From assembly GCA_001789445.1 (NCBI GenBank), contig MFZQ01000003.1:2796-66795 (forward strand): a stretch of DNA of 64,000 bases. The letters run 5' to 3'. Under the pieces are notes generated by a model that saw only the letters and a list, made by a program, of their open reading frames with translations, had not been told where the DNA came from and searched no databases. The position numbers and the translations under genes were made by a program. Origin of the DNA: Candidatus Roizmanbacteria bacterium RIFCSPHIGHO2_02_FULL_40_13b (GTDB taxonomy: Bacteria > Patescibacteriota > Microgenomatia > UBA1406 > HO2-37-13b). This document shows positions 26,432 to 36,632 of the stretch, in pieces; the stretch's first letter is position 1; each line of letters begins with the position of its first letter.

Positions 26432-27166
26432 TTATACACCATTTTTTAATACTTCAATCTGTGTTTTTGTAAGGATACAATATTTTCCAGGCATGATGTG
26501 TAGTTCATCAAGCGAAAGCCCACCAATTTTGTGACGAATAAGTCGAATAACGGTAATTCCTACTTTTTGGAGAGTGCGACGAATTTGGCGCCGTTTTCCT
26601 TCAGAGATACCAATATGAAGTACCACTCGCCCTGGAGAAAAACTTAAAATCTTAATTTGCGCTTCTTGAGTTCTTCCTTCAGGTAGAAGAATCCCTTCTC
26701 GAACCCGGTCAAGTTTGTGTTCAAGTTGATACTTTTCTATAGTTCGTGCACATTCACCAATCACTTCGTATTCCTTCATGACGTGCGTTTTGGGATGGGT
26801 AAGTGAGTAGGCAAGGTCGCCATCGTTGGTGAGTAGTAATAACCCTTCAGAATCGGCGTCAAGGCGTCCAACGGGAAATACTCGAGGAGTAGGAGGAACA
26901 AGCGTGGTAACTACTTTTTTTGAGGTTGGGTCGGCGGCTGAAGAAATGTATCCTGCTGGCTTATTCAACGCATAAACAATTGTTTCTGTTGGCGTACTAA
27001 TTTTCTGCCATTTCCCATCATTAACTTCAACACTATCGGAGTTTGTGACCGTGTCACCAAGTTTCCCTGTTTTTCCATTTACTTTTACCTTTCCAGCAGT
27101 AATGAGCAAATCGGCGGCCCGGCGCGAGCAAATTCCACAAAGGGCTATGTATCGGTTCAAACGCAT
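26432..27166 (-). CDS. RsuA/RluB-family pseudouridine synthase
   Basis: S4 domain MRLNRYIALCGICSRRAADLLI and catalytic GRLDADSEGLLLLTNDG. Confidence 0.85.
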   Translation of the reverse strand: MRLNRYIALCGICSRRAADLLITAGKVKVNGKTGKLGDTVTNSDSVEVNDGKWQKISTPTETIVYALNKPAGYISSAADPTSKKVVTTLVPPTPRVFPVGRLDADSEGLLLLTNDGDLAYSLTHPKTHVMKEYEVIGECARTIEKYQLEHKLDRVREGILLPEGRTQEAQIKILSFSPGRVVLHIGISEGKRRQIRRTLQKVGITVIRLIRHKIGGLSLDELHIMPGKYCILTKTQIEVLKNGV

Positions 27167-27185
27167 GAGTTCAAGTATACCATTT

Positions 27186-28055
27186 TTACTTCACTTTTCG
27201 CCTCGATTCCAAAAACACTAAGAAAGGAGTTGCAACAAATGGGGATGAATACATGCCAGTTATGGTACCAATGAGGAGCGCTACCGCAAAAAAACGTATT
27301 GATGAACCTCCAAAGATCATAAGGGGAACGAGCATCAAAATGATGGTGAGCGAATTATTGACTGATCGCACTACCGTTTCAGTAAATGCCTTATTTGCCA
27401 TTATTGTAAGCGGAAGAGAGGAATATTTCTCATGTTCACGAATTTTGTCAAAAACGACAATGGTGTCATGCACCGAGAATGATAGTGTAGTAAGGAGGGC
27501 TGTAACAAAAAGCGTATCCATTTCCGCACCAAAAAAGTGGGAAATGATCGAATAACATCCCACAACAACCAAAAAGTCGTGAAACATTGCCACAACTGCC
27601 GCAACTCCATAATTCATTCGTTTGAAAGCAAATGTTAAATAAAGGAGAATACCAATAATCGCAACAAATGATGCGGCAAGCGTTTTGCGCATCACCTCTA
27701 CTCCCAAAGTCGGTCCAACCGTTTCAAAGCGCAGTAATTTGATCTTTACTCCCAATTTTTTTTCGAGATCTTTTCGAACTAAGGCTTCTTTTTCGTCGCT
27801 GATTAACTTTGTCCTAATGAGAATTCTCGTAGGTGACTGACGAGACTCATCAACAATTGACAATGAATTTTTCACTAATATATTTACTACTTCACCTTCC
27901 GAAACTGGTTTATTAAATGAATAGTCAAGGATTGCGCCTCCAGTAAAATCAATAGAAAGTTTAGGTCCATACATAAAAAGGGACGTCATACCCACAGAAA
28001 TAACTAGTATGGAAATGAATGCGTATAGTTTGGTGTATTTTAAAAAGTTAATCAT
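27186..28055 (-). CDS. secF: Protein translocase subunit SecF
   Basis: SecF-like topology and motifs (DFTGG, HDTIVVFDKIRE), downstream of secD. Confidence 0.9.
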   Translation of the reverse strand: MINFLKYTKLYAFISILVISVGMTSLFMYGPKLSIDFTGGAILDYSFNKPVSEGEVVNILVKNSLSIVDESRQSPTRILIRTKLISDEKEALVRKDLEKKLGVKIKLLRFETVGPTLGVEVMRKTLAASFVAIIGILLYLTFAFKRMNYGVAAVVAMFHDFLVVVGCYSIISHFFGAEMDTLFVTALLTTLSFSVHDTIVVFDKIREHEKYSSLPLTIMANKAFTETVVRSVNNSLTIILMLVPLMIFGGSSIRFFAVALLIGTITGMYSSPFVATPFLVFLESRRKVK

Positions 28056-28057
28056 AG

Positions 28058-29410
28058 TTATTTTCCTCTATAAAACATATCAATAAGCCGGCGGGTTATA
28101 AAAACTCCGGTAAACAAACTTGTCAATACTCCGATTCCAAGGGTCAATGCAAATCCACGGATAAGTCCAAATTGGGGAAAAAAGCTCCAATTCAACGGAT
28201 TGAATAATACAAATGCTACTAAAAGTGTAGTGAAATTTGCATCTTTTATGGCATGAATTGCCCGACCAAATCCCACATTTATTGCACTTTTCAGATCATT
28301 TCCTTTGCGTCGTTCTTCCTTTATGCGTTCAAAAATTAAGATATTTGAGTCGACAGCCATCCCAATGGAAAGGATAAATCCGGCAATTCCTGGAAGCGTT
28401 AAGGTAACTGGGATTGTACGGAACAAAGCAAAATTGATGAGTCCATAGATAATAAGTGCACAAACAGCAATAATTCCAAGTCGACCATAATAAAGAACCA
28501 TAAAGGCAACTACACCCAAAAGACCAATAATACCGGCAATCATACTTTTACGTATATGCTCTGCCCCCAGCGTGGGTCCTATATTTCGCTGTTCAATTAA
28601 ATTGATTGAGACAGGAAGCGCGCCAGAATTTATTGCAACTGAAAGTTTTTTAGCTTCATCAATAGTAAATTGTCCTGTTATTATTCCTTGTCCATCAAGA
28701 ATAGGCGTTTCAACAACTGGTGGACTTGTTATTGGATATCCATCTATGAAAATACCAATCTTATGTCCAACACTGCGCTGTGTTAAAGCCGCAAAAAGCT
28801 TTGTCCCTTCTGTATTAAATTCAAGCCCCACTGCTGGCTTCCCCGTATCATCATATTGAATAGTTGAACGCTTTATATGTTTTCCCGTAAGTCCAGTTTT
28901 TTTAGTAACTTTCATGAAATCTGGTGTTCCTGTCGCAAACTTTGTATCCGGTGGAAGTTCTTCGGTAAACTCAAGTCGTGCCGTTTGTCCAATAAGCGCA
29001 ATTGCTTGAGAAATATCCTCATTTCCAGGCAAATCAACAATTATGCGATAGTTATTTTCAGACTTTAGTGTTTGGACGCTTGGTTCAGAAACACCAAAAA
29101 AATTGACTCGTCGGTCGATAATATCGCGCGCTGATTCAAGTGCATCATTTCGATCAGCTTTTTTAATATCAGCCATATCTGCCTCAAAAACCAGATGACT
29201 CCCTCCCTTTAAATCAAGTCCCAAATGTGTCTTAAAGTCTTTGTTTATTGCTATCTTTCCAAGTGAAAAATGGATACTAAGTGGATTAATATGTGTAGTA
29301 ACTTTAATCGGACCATAGTTTATTTTAAGTGGCACATTTTCCGGGAGATCAATAGCGATTACAAGCGCCAACAAGAAAAACAGTAGGATGATAAAACGGA
29401 GATTTTTCAT
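28058..29410 (-). CDS. secD: Protein translocase subunit SecD
   Basis: LGLDLKGGSHLVFEA and GMAVDSNILIFERIKEE. Confidence 0.9.
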   Translation of the reverse strand: MKNLRFIILLFFLLALVIAIDLPENVPLKINYGPIKVTTHINPLSIHFSLGKIAINKDFKTHLGLDLKGGSHLVFEADMADIKKADRNDALESARDIIDRRVNFFGVSEPSVQTLKSENNYRIIVDLPGNEDISQAIALIGQTARLEFTEELPPDTKFATGTPDFMKVTKKTGLTGKHIKRSTIQYDDTGKPAVGLEFNTEGTKLFAALTQRSVGHKIGIFIDGYPITSPPVVETPILDGQGIITGQFTIDEAKKLSVAINSGALPVSINLIEQRNIGPTLGAEHIRKSMIAGIIGLLGVVAFMVLYYGRLGIIAVCALIIYGLINFALFRTIPVTLTLPGIAGFILSIGMAVDSNILIFERIKEERRKGNDLKSAINVGFGRAIHAIKDANFTTLLVAFVLFNPLNWSFFPQFGLIRGFALTLGIGVLTSLFTGVFITRRLIDMFYRGK

Positions 29411-29982
29411 ACGACAAGATCTGATTCATTTCCAATTAACATGATTTTTGGCTCTTTTAAGAATTGCCAAATAAATGGATCATTATTCTTTTTACGAAAT
29501 TTAAATTCCTCTTCTGTCATTGTTGAATAATTAATTTCAAAGCCTAACTCCTTTTCCTGAAAGGATATTATAGCATTAAGTTCGGCAACTACAACTATTC
29601 CGACCAGTAATAAATAAATTTCTCCTTCTTTCGGGGATATTCTGTGAGCAAATTTAGCTGAAAGTACGCAAAATTTAACCCTGCCAAGTTTCGAAACATT
29701 TTTTACAATTTCCTTTGCCAAACTTCCTTCTTTCGCGAAAATTCGCAGGAATTCATCGTAAAAAAGATATTTTGGATTGAGTGTATACATCACTTTATTT
29801 ACTCGTTTTTCTCTTTCTAAAACTCCTGCTTTTTCAAGAATATCAAGTTCCCGTTTAACTGCATTCACCTCCTCACCAACCTCTCGTCCAACTCGCCGTA
29901 AATGATATGTTTCTTGAGGTTTTTGAAAAAAAAGCGCAAGTATCTTGCGACGGGTTTGTGAAGGGATAATATATCGTAACAT
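29407..29982 (-). CDS. Possible winged-helix regulator
   Basis: The N-terminal 80 aa resemble an ArsR/MarR-like wHTH (RRVGREVGEEVNAVKRELDILEKAGVL). Weak call. Confidence 0.35.
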   Translation of the reverse strand: MLRYIIPSQTRRKILALFFQKPQETYHLRRVGREVGEEVNAVKRELDILEKAGVLEREKRVNKVMYTLNPKYLFYDEFLRIFAKEGSLAKEIVKNVSKLGRVKFCVLSAKFAHRISPKEGEIYLLLVGIVVVAELNAIISFQEKELGFEINYSTMTEEEFKFRKKNNDPFIWQFLKEPKIMLIGNESDLVV

Positions 29983-31133
29983 CAGTAGTGCACAGTGTTA
30001 CCCTGTGGAACAATTTCAACAAATATTTGACCACGATTAAACTTTATTTCGCTTCCTGATTTGTCAACAAAGCGTAACGTATCGGTGCGTTTTGCCTTTT
30101 CCCATTGTCCTTCAATTGCATTTCCGTCCATAAATACGATAGCTTTTCCTGCTCCGGTGGTTTTATACAGCAAATGTCCACCTTCATACCCATCATTTGC
30201 AGGCGACTCTTTCATGAATGCGATAGCTACATTACGAGATGTTAATTCTTTTTTTGTATTATTATCAAGGTGTGGTGCTCCGGCATTAAACCGTTTGTAA
30301 CTGTTTGTAGCTGTGTCATAGGCCCATTTTACCTCGTAGTTCCTACCACCATCCCAAAATCCGAACGAGATTGTTGCCACAGCTCCTTTTGAAGAACCGT
30401 CTTCTTTGAATTTCCATGGCTTGAATCCTTGTTCCCACGAGGTTCCTGATTTGTCTTTACCCGTTAAGCCTCTTTTGGAACTGGCAAACCCCCACAGTTT
30501 TTGAGTAGAAGAATACATTGTATGTTCAGTTGCAACATTTGGAAGTAGTTCGTAATCGCGATAGTAAACCGGGAATGGTACCGCAAATTGATTTAAATCG
30601 TTATATCCATCCCAACCAAGTGTGCTTATAGCTCCCAGTGCATCTGCAGGCCCATCTGTATTGGCCCCACCCACATGTGAGTAAAGTGGATAGCTTCCGT
30701 GTCCAGAAAGTAAATCAATAAAATATATTCTGGCGGATCGAACAGGTCCTACGCGAGGTGCATCTTCACAATAAAAAATTCCTAAAAATCGAGTTATTCC
30801 ACCTTCAGCAACCGCTTCATACACAACATCAGCGTTTGAAAGCCCCGATTGAGGACGAGAATCAATGTGATTTTCAATTGCAATTCCCAAAGGACGACGG
30901 TTTTCCCAAGCATTTTTATGAGATTTCGTCAGCATTTTTCCATTAATTGGGCAGCTTTCAGTTTTTGGTTCTTCACTACTTATGTCTAAAGTTGAGGTTT
31001 GATTTGAATTTGTTGTTCCGCTATAGTTACTTCCAGGACCACCAACACGAGCTGAGCTAAAATATGCGTATGAGAAATAGATTGATAAAATAAACAACAA
31101 AGCTCCTGTGGCGATAATTATTCTATTATTCAT
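29982..31133 (-). CDS. DUF3048-like secreted protein
   Basis: RRPLGIAIENHIDSRPQSGLSNADVVYEAVAEGGITRFLGIFY. Confidence 0.7.
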   Translation of the reverse strand: MNNRIIIATGALLFILSIYFSYAYFSSARVGGPGSNYSGTTNSNQTSTLDISSEEPKTESCPINGKMLTKSHKNAWENRRPLGIAIENHIDSRPQSGLSNADVVYEAVAEGGITRFLGIFYCEDAPRVGPVRSARIYFIDLLSGHGSYPLYSHVGGANTDGPADALGAISTLGWDGYNDLNQFAVPFPVYYRDYELLPNVATEHTMYSSTQKLWGFASSKRGLTGKDKSGTSWEQGFKPWKFKEDGSSKGAVATISFGFWDGGRNYEVKWAYDTATNSYKRFNAGAPHLDNNTKKELTSRNVAIAFMKESPANDGYEGGHLLYKTTGAGKAIVFMDGNAIEGQWEKAKRTDTLRFVDKSGSEIKFNRGQIFVEIVPQGNTVHY

Positions 31134-31155
31134 ATGTTATGATGCAATCTTTTTT

Positions 31156-31605
31156 TTACTGCGCTTTATTAATTGCCTCTTTTTCTTCTTTTGATAACTC
31201 GTGTCCATCAGCCTCCCCTTTCTTTATTTGTTTCAAATAAACTCGTACACCTTCTTTAGTATATAAAAAATTTAGAACAATTCCATCATTATTCCCGTCA
31301 AGAAGTGAAAGTATAAAACTTTGTTCTCCTCCCATCCGCTCAAATGGATTAAATCGTACATACCCAACCTTTTGATAATATGTTGTAGCTTTTGTAGTCA
31401 GCTGCAAAACATCCTGTCGCAGTGCTGAAATCTCTGTGGCGAACTGTTTATCTTGGGCAACAATTGAGTCAAGTATACCATCTAATGTTTTTTTTCTAGT
31501 AGATCCAATCAGTCCTCGGTAGTGTTTCTGCATCTTAATAAATAGCAGGCTCAATATAATAAGCCACACAAAACAAAACCCAATGAGTCCGGTCGTCAAG
31601 GTCAT
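31156..31605 (-). CDS. DUF4446-like membrane-anchored protein
   Basis: N-terminal TM span plus VGYVRFNPFERMGGEQSFILSLLD. Confidence 0.6.
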   Translation of the reverse strand: MTLTTGLIGFCFVWLIILSLLFIKMQKHYRGLIGSTRKKTLDGILDSIVAQDKQFATEISALRQDVLQLTTKATTYYQKVGYVRFNPFERMGGEQSFILSLLDGNNDGIVLNFLYTKEGVRVYLKQIKKGEADGHELSKEEKEAINKAQ

Positions 31606-31675
31606 TAAGCCATTTTAATGGCTTTACAAATAGGTGTCAATATGATAAAAACTATAGTTGAAAGTTTAACCACAT

Positions 31676-31885
31676 ATGGCAAGAAGCAGAAGAAGACGGA
31701 GCCGCATCTATACACAGGTGGCAGTGCCCACTCAAAAAACAACTATTATTGAGAAAAATCAGTACGATGAGTTACTGCGCCAAGACACGGTTTCAGACCT
31801 TCGCAAGACCATTGTTTTAATTTCATTGTTATTTGCGCTTGAATTCCTGGTTTTTTATGCTAATCTTATGGGTGTTAGTGCGTAA
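31676..31885 (+). CDS. Hypothetical small protein
   Basis: Arg-rich N-terminus and a C-terminal TM span. No motif. Confidence 0.3.
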   Translation: MARSRRRRSRIYTQVAVPTQKTTIIEKNQYDELLRQDTVSDLRKTIVLISLLFALEFLVFYANLMGVSA

Positions 31886-31905
31886 ATGGGGGGAGGTGAA
31901 ATCGT

Positions 31906-32052
31906 ATGACAATGATGTATTGTGTAAAATGTCGCGAAAAGCGAGAAGCAGAAAATGCTGAAAAAGTCACCATGAAAAATGGTCGACCAGCTATGAAAGG
32001 AAAGTGCCCAGTTTGCGGAACCGGAATGTATAAAATTGGAGCATCTGAATAA
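31906..32052 (+). CDS. Small zinc-ribbon protein (48 aa, DUF5679-like), absent from the ORF track
   Basis: GGGAGGTGA lies 6 nt upstream of the ATG. Translation is MTMMYCVKCREKREAENAEKVTMKNGRPAMKGKCPVCGTGMYKIGASE, with CxxC...CxxC. Confidence 0.6.
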   Translation: MTMMYCVKCREKREAENAEKVTMKNGRPAMKGKCPVCGTGMYKIGASE

Positions 32053-32085
32053 AAAAATATGATTGCGTACTAAGCAGGCGCCTGC

Positions 32086-32538
32086 TTATTCTTTGAGATA
32101 ACGTATTGCATTGGTAGATGATTTGTGTGTGATGCGTATTTTTGATGATATTATCTTGCCTCCGACAGCTTCTATTTGCGCTTTCTTCTGGCTAAAGTAT
32201 GGCTCATCGGTGCCAACGACTACAGTAGTTGGATTAATTGCTTCAAACATTTTCGGATATGTATCATACTTTTCTGGCAAAAGAACAACTACGTCCACAT
32301 ATCGTAATTCTTCCAAAATTTGTGCCCGTTCCAGCTGAGTATGAAATGGCTCTCTTTTTTTAACCTGTCTTATAAAGTCATCTCCCTCAAGTGCGATAAT
32401 TAACGTGTTTCCATAGTTTGATGCATCTTTTAAGAATGCAATATGCCCAATATGAAGCACATCAAAACATCCGCTCACCAAAACCTTTTTTTTTATCGAA
32501 GAAAGCCTCACACGGGCCTCCTCAAGCATTACTATCAT
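32086..32538 (-). CDS. Cytidylyltransferase-like nucleotidyltransferase
   Basis: VLVSGCFDVLHIGHIAFLKDA carries the HxGH motif. Start is uncertain (32538 or 32529). Confidence 0.7.
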   Translation of the reverse strand: MIVMLEEARVRLSSIKKKVLVSGCFDVLHIGHIAFLKDASNYGNTLIIALEGDDFIRQVKKREPFHTQLERAQILEELRYVDVVVLLPEKYDTYPKMFEAINPTTVVVGTDEPYFSQKKAQIEAVGGKIISSKIRITHKSSTNAIRYLKE

Positions 32539-32570
32539 ACCTACATAATACACTATAATTAGTTCTACGT

Positions 32571-34835
32571 ATGAGATACTATTCGCAGGAACTTGAACAA
32601 AATCAAAAGGCACTTTTTATTTTTAAAAAGAGAACTCCTATCGTTGATGAACTACTTGAGTCGTTACGCTCAAAATCATTAGAGATATTTGCCGCCCAAA
32701 AAGTCCCTACAAATTATCAACACTACTCGTACATTTTTTTCTTTGAGACTATCCCTTCCCAGGAATTTCTGAATAAAAAAGCATCAATACCTGTAGTGAT
32801 TTTATGGCAGCGGAAATTACCGGGAAGCGTTGAGCGTTTGCTGGAAAAAAATAGTGGGAACTTTAAAGTTATTTTGACTGGAATACACCTCAACGACCAA
32901 GATATAGAAGCAATACTCTGGTTCACTGTTTCAAATTCGAAAGAATCGTTTCTGAATATTTCTTCTTCTTTGAAGAAGCGAGTTCAGGACGATGAGGTAT
33001 CTAAGAAAGCTTTTCAAAACAGAAAACCGTTATCAAAAAAACAATTCTTTATACGAGGAATTATGCTTTTGGTTATTTTTGAAATTCTTTTTTTATTTCC
33101 ACTATTTGGCTCACTCTTCTTTATGTACCGAGGTATTTCCTACTTTAAAAAGGCAGATTTTGTACGAGCAGAAAAAAATCTCATATATTCCAAACCTTTC
33201 CTCAATTCGGCAAATGGCTTATATACAATGTCACGACCGATACTTTCTTTTTTTTCACTCGCCCTTCTGCCAGATACCATCATTTCACTTTCAACTGATA
33301 CATATAAATCAAGTCAAATAATAATCGATATCCATAAACGATTAAACCGAGATCTTTCATACATAGTTGGGACAGATTCGTCAACAACTATGAAATCACA
33401 AATAAAAACAGATCTTGCAATGATAAATAGGGATCTTGTTCTATTGAAAGCCACAACAACCACGATTGACAGGAATTTAGAAAGTCTTCCGTTTGATCTG
33501 CCCACACACATTACTTCACAAATTGATAACGCGCAAACGCTCCTTGCCCAAATACAAAAAATGTCGATTCACTTAGATACAATTCTAGGTGGGAAGGAGT
33601 TTAAGCGCTACGTCGTCTTTTTTTATAACAACATGGAAATTCGCCCCGGAGGAGGGTTTATTGGCTCATTTGCAACCATTGAGTTTAAAGACTATCGCAT
33701 GAGAAATCTTCAAGTGTATGACGTATATGATGCGGATGGACAACTGAAAGTCCATATCGAACCTCCAACTGCTATACGAGATTATTTGGGGCAACCAGAT
33801 TGGTTTTTGCGTGATTCCAATTTTGCGCCCGACTTTCCTGAAAATGTAAAAACAGCAGAGTCATTTCTAAAAAGAGAGATGGGATTTGAAAATTTTGATG
33901 GTGCAGTTGGAATCACTACTACCGCAATCGAGTCAATTCTTTCACAGTTTGGGACACTGTATCTCCCCGATTATAAAGAAAACATTGATAAAAATAATTT
34001 TTATATCAAAACACAAATTCATGCTGAACGGGATTTTTTTCCCGGATCAACCAAAAAGAAAAACTTCCTTTCAACACTTCTAAATACCATGCTTTTGCGA
34101 ATTGAGAATGTAAATAAAATCGGTCTTCTTAGGAATATTTCGGACCAATTTGATAGTCGACAAATCGTTGCATACTTTGTCGATAAATCAATCGAAAAAA
34201 CAATTGAAGAAGCGCAGTGGGATGGTCGAATGCTTGTTCCTGAATGCATTAATAAAAAAAATCACTGCATAGTCAATTCGCTGTTCCCCGTTGAGGCAAA
34301 TCTCGGTGTTAATAAAGCTAATTTTTTTGTAAGTCGTACTATGGAGATTCAAACGACTATTAATGAAGATGGCACGATTAACAATATATTTACAGTAAAT
34401 CTTAAAAATGATTCACCAAGTAACTCTTTTCCCGGAGGCATGTATAAGAACTTCTTCAGGCTGTACCTGCCAAGAAACAGCACTATAAAACACGTTATTT
34501 ATAACGGACGTGAGCAAACAAATTTTCAAGAACTGGGAACCAGCCATTTTAAGATTGTTGCATTTCTTATGGAAACTGGACTTCAAACAAAAGACACGTT
34601 TTCAGTTGCGTATGAATTAAATACTAAAATTAAACTCGGGCAAAATACATTACAGCTCACGCTTCAAAAACAAATTGGGTCTTCTGATCCCGATATACAT
34701 GTGCAGTTTGTTGTACCAAAAAATATTTCTGTTTTACATAAAAATTTTCCTGCGGTTGCAAATAGCGGCACAATATCATACAATACAACCTTGTCAGGAA
34801 ACAAAATCTTTATTATTAATCTTTTCAAGAAATAA
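32571..34835 (+). CDS. DUF4012-like large membrane-anchored protein
   Basis: YVVFFYNNMEIRPGGGFIGSFATIEF block. Confidence 0.65.
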   Translation: MRYYSQELEQNQKALFIFKKRTPIVDELLESLRSKSLEIFAAQKVPTNYQHYSYIFFFETIPSQEFLNKKASIPVVILWQRKLPGSVERLLEKNSGNFKVILTGIHLNDQDIEAILWFTVSNSKESFLNISSSLKKRVQDDEVSKKAFQNRKPLSKKQFFIRGIMLLVIFEILFLFPLFGSLFFMYRGISYFKKADFVRAEKNLIYSKPFLNSANGLYTMSRPILSFFSLALLPDTIISLSTDTYKSSQIIIDIHKRLNRDLSYIVGTDSSTTMKSQIKTDLAMINRDLVLLKATTTTIDRNLESLPFDLPTHITSQIDNAQTLLAQIQKMSIHLDTILGGKEFKRYVVFFYNNMEIRPGGGFIGSFATIEFKDYRMRNLQVYDVYDADGQLKVHIEPPTAIRDYLGQPDWFLRDSNFAPDFPENVKTAESFLKREMGFENFDGAVGITTTAIESILSQFGTLYLPDYKENIDKNNFYIKTQIHAERDFFPGSTKKKNFLSTLLNTMLLRIENVNKIGLLRNISDQFDSRQIVAYFVDKSIEKTIEEAQWDGRMLVPECINKKNHCIVNSLFPVEANLGVNKANFFVSRTMEIQTTINEDGTINNIFTVNLKNDSPSNSFPGGMYKNFFRLYLPRNSTIKHVIYNGREQTNFQELGTSHFKIVAFLMETGLQTKDTFSVAYELNTKIKLGQNTLQLTLQKQIGSSDPDIHVQFVVPKNISVLHKNFPAVANSGTISYNTTLSGNKIFIINLFKK

Positions 34836-34836
34836 T

Positions 34837-35577
34837 ATGCCAAAAACGACAAAACCAGAAAAATTTGAGCTTGCTGTTGAAAAACGCGACATTATTGGAA
34901 AAAAAGTTAAAAAATTGCGCCGTGAAGGTAAAACTCCTGGAAACATTTATGGAGAAGATTTCAAATCGCAAGCAGTATCTGTCGAAACTATACCATTCAC
35001 GAAGGTTTTTAAACACGCACATGAAACACATGTTATTAATCTTATGTATGATGGTAAAAACATCCCCGTACTCATTCAAAACACTCAAAAACATCCTCTT
35101 ACTGGCATGATTCTCCATATTGATTTTAGAAAAGTCAATTTGAGTAAAAAGATTGAAACTGCAGTTCCATTGCAGTTTACTGGAGAATCGGAAGCTGTTG
35201 CTAAAAAAGGTGGCGATCTTATCACGCAACTTAATGAACTAACGGTAGAAGCACTTCCAGATGCACTTCCAGATCACATCGAGATTGATCTTACTAAACT
35301 TGTAGAGATTGGTGATGAAATCAAAGTATCTGATCTTGTAAAATCTGAAAGATTCGAGATCAAAGATGAGCCTGAAAAAGTCATCGTTCGAGTCAATGAA
35401 CATAAAGAAGAATCGGTAGAACCTGAACTTGAATCTGCTACGCCAGAACAAATTGGTGAAGAAGGCGAAACAGCAGAGGGTGAAGAGGCTCCAGCAGAAG
35501 GTGGCGAGGCGCCGGAAGCTCCAGCCGATGGCGCAGAAACTCCCCAAACAACTCCTGAAGAGAATAAAGAAGGATAA
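34837..35577 (+). CDS. rplY: Ribosomal protein L25/Ctc with acidic C-terminal tail
   Basis: KVKKLRREGKTPGNIYG. Start moved to the ATG at 34837. Confidence 0.85.
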   Translation: MPKTTKPEKFELAVEKRDIIGKKVKKLRREGKTPGNIYGEDFKSQAVSVETIPFTKVFKHAHETHVINLMYDGKNIPVLIQNTQKHPLTGMILHIDFRKVNLSKKIETAVPLQFTGESEAVAKKGGDLITQLNELTVEALPDALPDHIEIDLTKLVEIGDEIKVSDLVKSERFEIKDEPEKVIVRVNEHKEESVEPELESATPEQIGEEGETAEGEEAPAEGGEAPEAPADGAETPQTTPEENKEG

Positions 35578-35612
35578 TTGCTTTTTCTTCAATCTTTTTG
35601 TACTCTTAATTC

Positions 35613-36632
35613 ATGCGTAAGATTGCAGTTGGGTTAAATGGATTTGGGAGAATTGGAAGAGCGTTTACACGAATTGCACTGAACAATCCCGATATTGAAA
35701 TTCGAGCGATTAATACTGCGCATTCAAACACAGAGATCCTCGCCCATCTCCTTAAGTATGACTCTATCTACCGAACATTTGATAAGGATGTTAGTGCAAA
35801 AGGAGATAAGATTATCGTTGGATCCCGCGAGATTGTCTGTTATAACCACAAAAACCCTGAAGAGATTCCATGGGACCACCATAATATTGATGTCGTCATT
35901 GACTGTACCGGCGCATTTAAGACACGTGATGATTTGAGCAAGCATCTACGCGCTACCGTGCAGAAAGTTATCGTCACCGCACCTGTTTCAGATGAAACAA
36001 TTCCTCATATTGTTTTGGGGTCAAATAGTGATGGGTTTGATTTTAAAGCTAAAAATGCCGATATTATCTCGAATGCATCATGTACCACCAACTGTGCATC
36101 AATTATGACAAAAGTTCTCGATGATAATTTCAAAATAAAATCAGCATTTTTAACAACCGTACATGCATATACCAGTAGTCAAGAACTTCTTGACAACGCA
36201 TCTAAAAATGAAACACGTTCTCGTGGGGCGCCACTTTCGATTATTCCGACAACCACTGGGGCTGCGGATGCAGTATGCAAAACAACCGCGTGTGAAGCTG
36301 GAAGCTTAGGAGCTATCGCATTTCGGGTTCCCGTACCCGTCGGATCAATCTCTGATATGACGTGTCTCCTCGAAAAATCAACAACGGTTGAAGAAATTAA
36401 TGAGGTATTTAGAAAAGAGTCGGAAGGAAAACTTAAGGGAATTTTAGGATATGAAAAAACCCCGCTTGTTTCTTCTGACTATATCGGCTCGCCATTTTCC
36501 TGTACATTTGATCCTAATTACACGCAGGTTTTGAATGGAAACTTCGTCAAAATCTTCGGGTGGTACGATAATGAGTGGGGATACTCAAACCGCCTGGTTG
36601 ATTTGATAGAAAAATTATCGAAATATATTTAA
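35613..36632 (+). CDS. gap: Glyceraldehyde-3-phosphate dehydrogenase
   Basis: GLNGFGRIGR, the active site ASCTTNC, and WYDNEWGYS. Confidence 0.92.
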   Translation: MRKIAVGLNGFGRIGRAFTRIALNNPDIEIRAINTAHSNTEILAHLLKYDSIYRTFDKDVSAKGDKIIVGSREIVCYNHKNPEEIPWDHHNIDVVIDCTGAFKTRDDLSKHLRATVQKVIVTAPVSDETIPHIVLGSNSDGFDFKAKNADIISNASCTTNCASIMTKVLDDNFKIKSAFLTTVHAYTSSQELLDNASKNETRSRGAPLSIIPTTTGAADAVCKTTACEAGSLGAIAFRVPVPVGSISDMTCLLEKSTTVEEINEVFRKESEGKLKGILGYEKTPLVSSDYIGSPFSCTFDPNYTQVLNGNFVKIFGWYDNEWGYSNRLVDLIEKLSKYI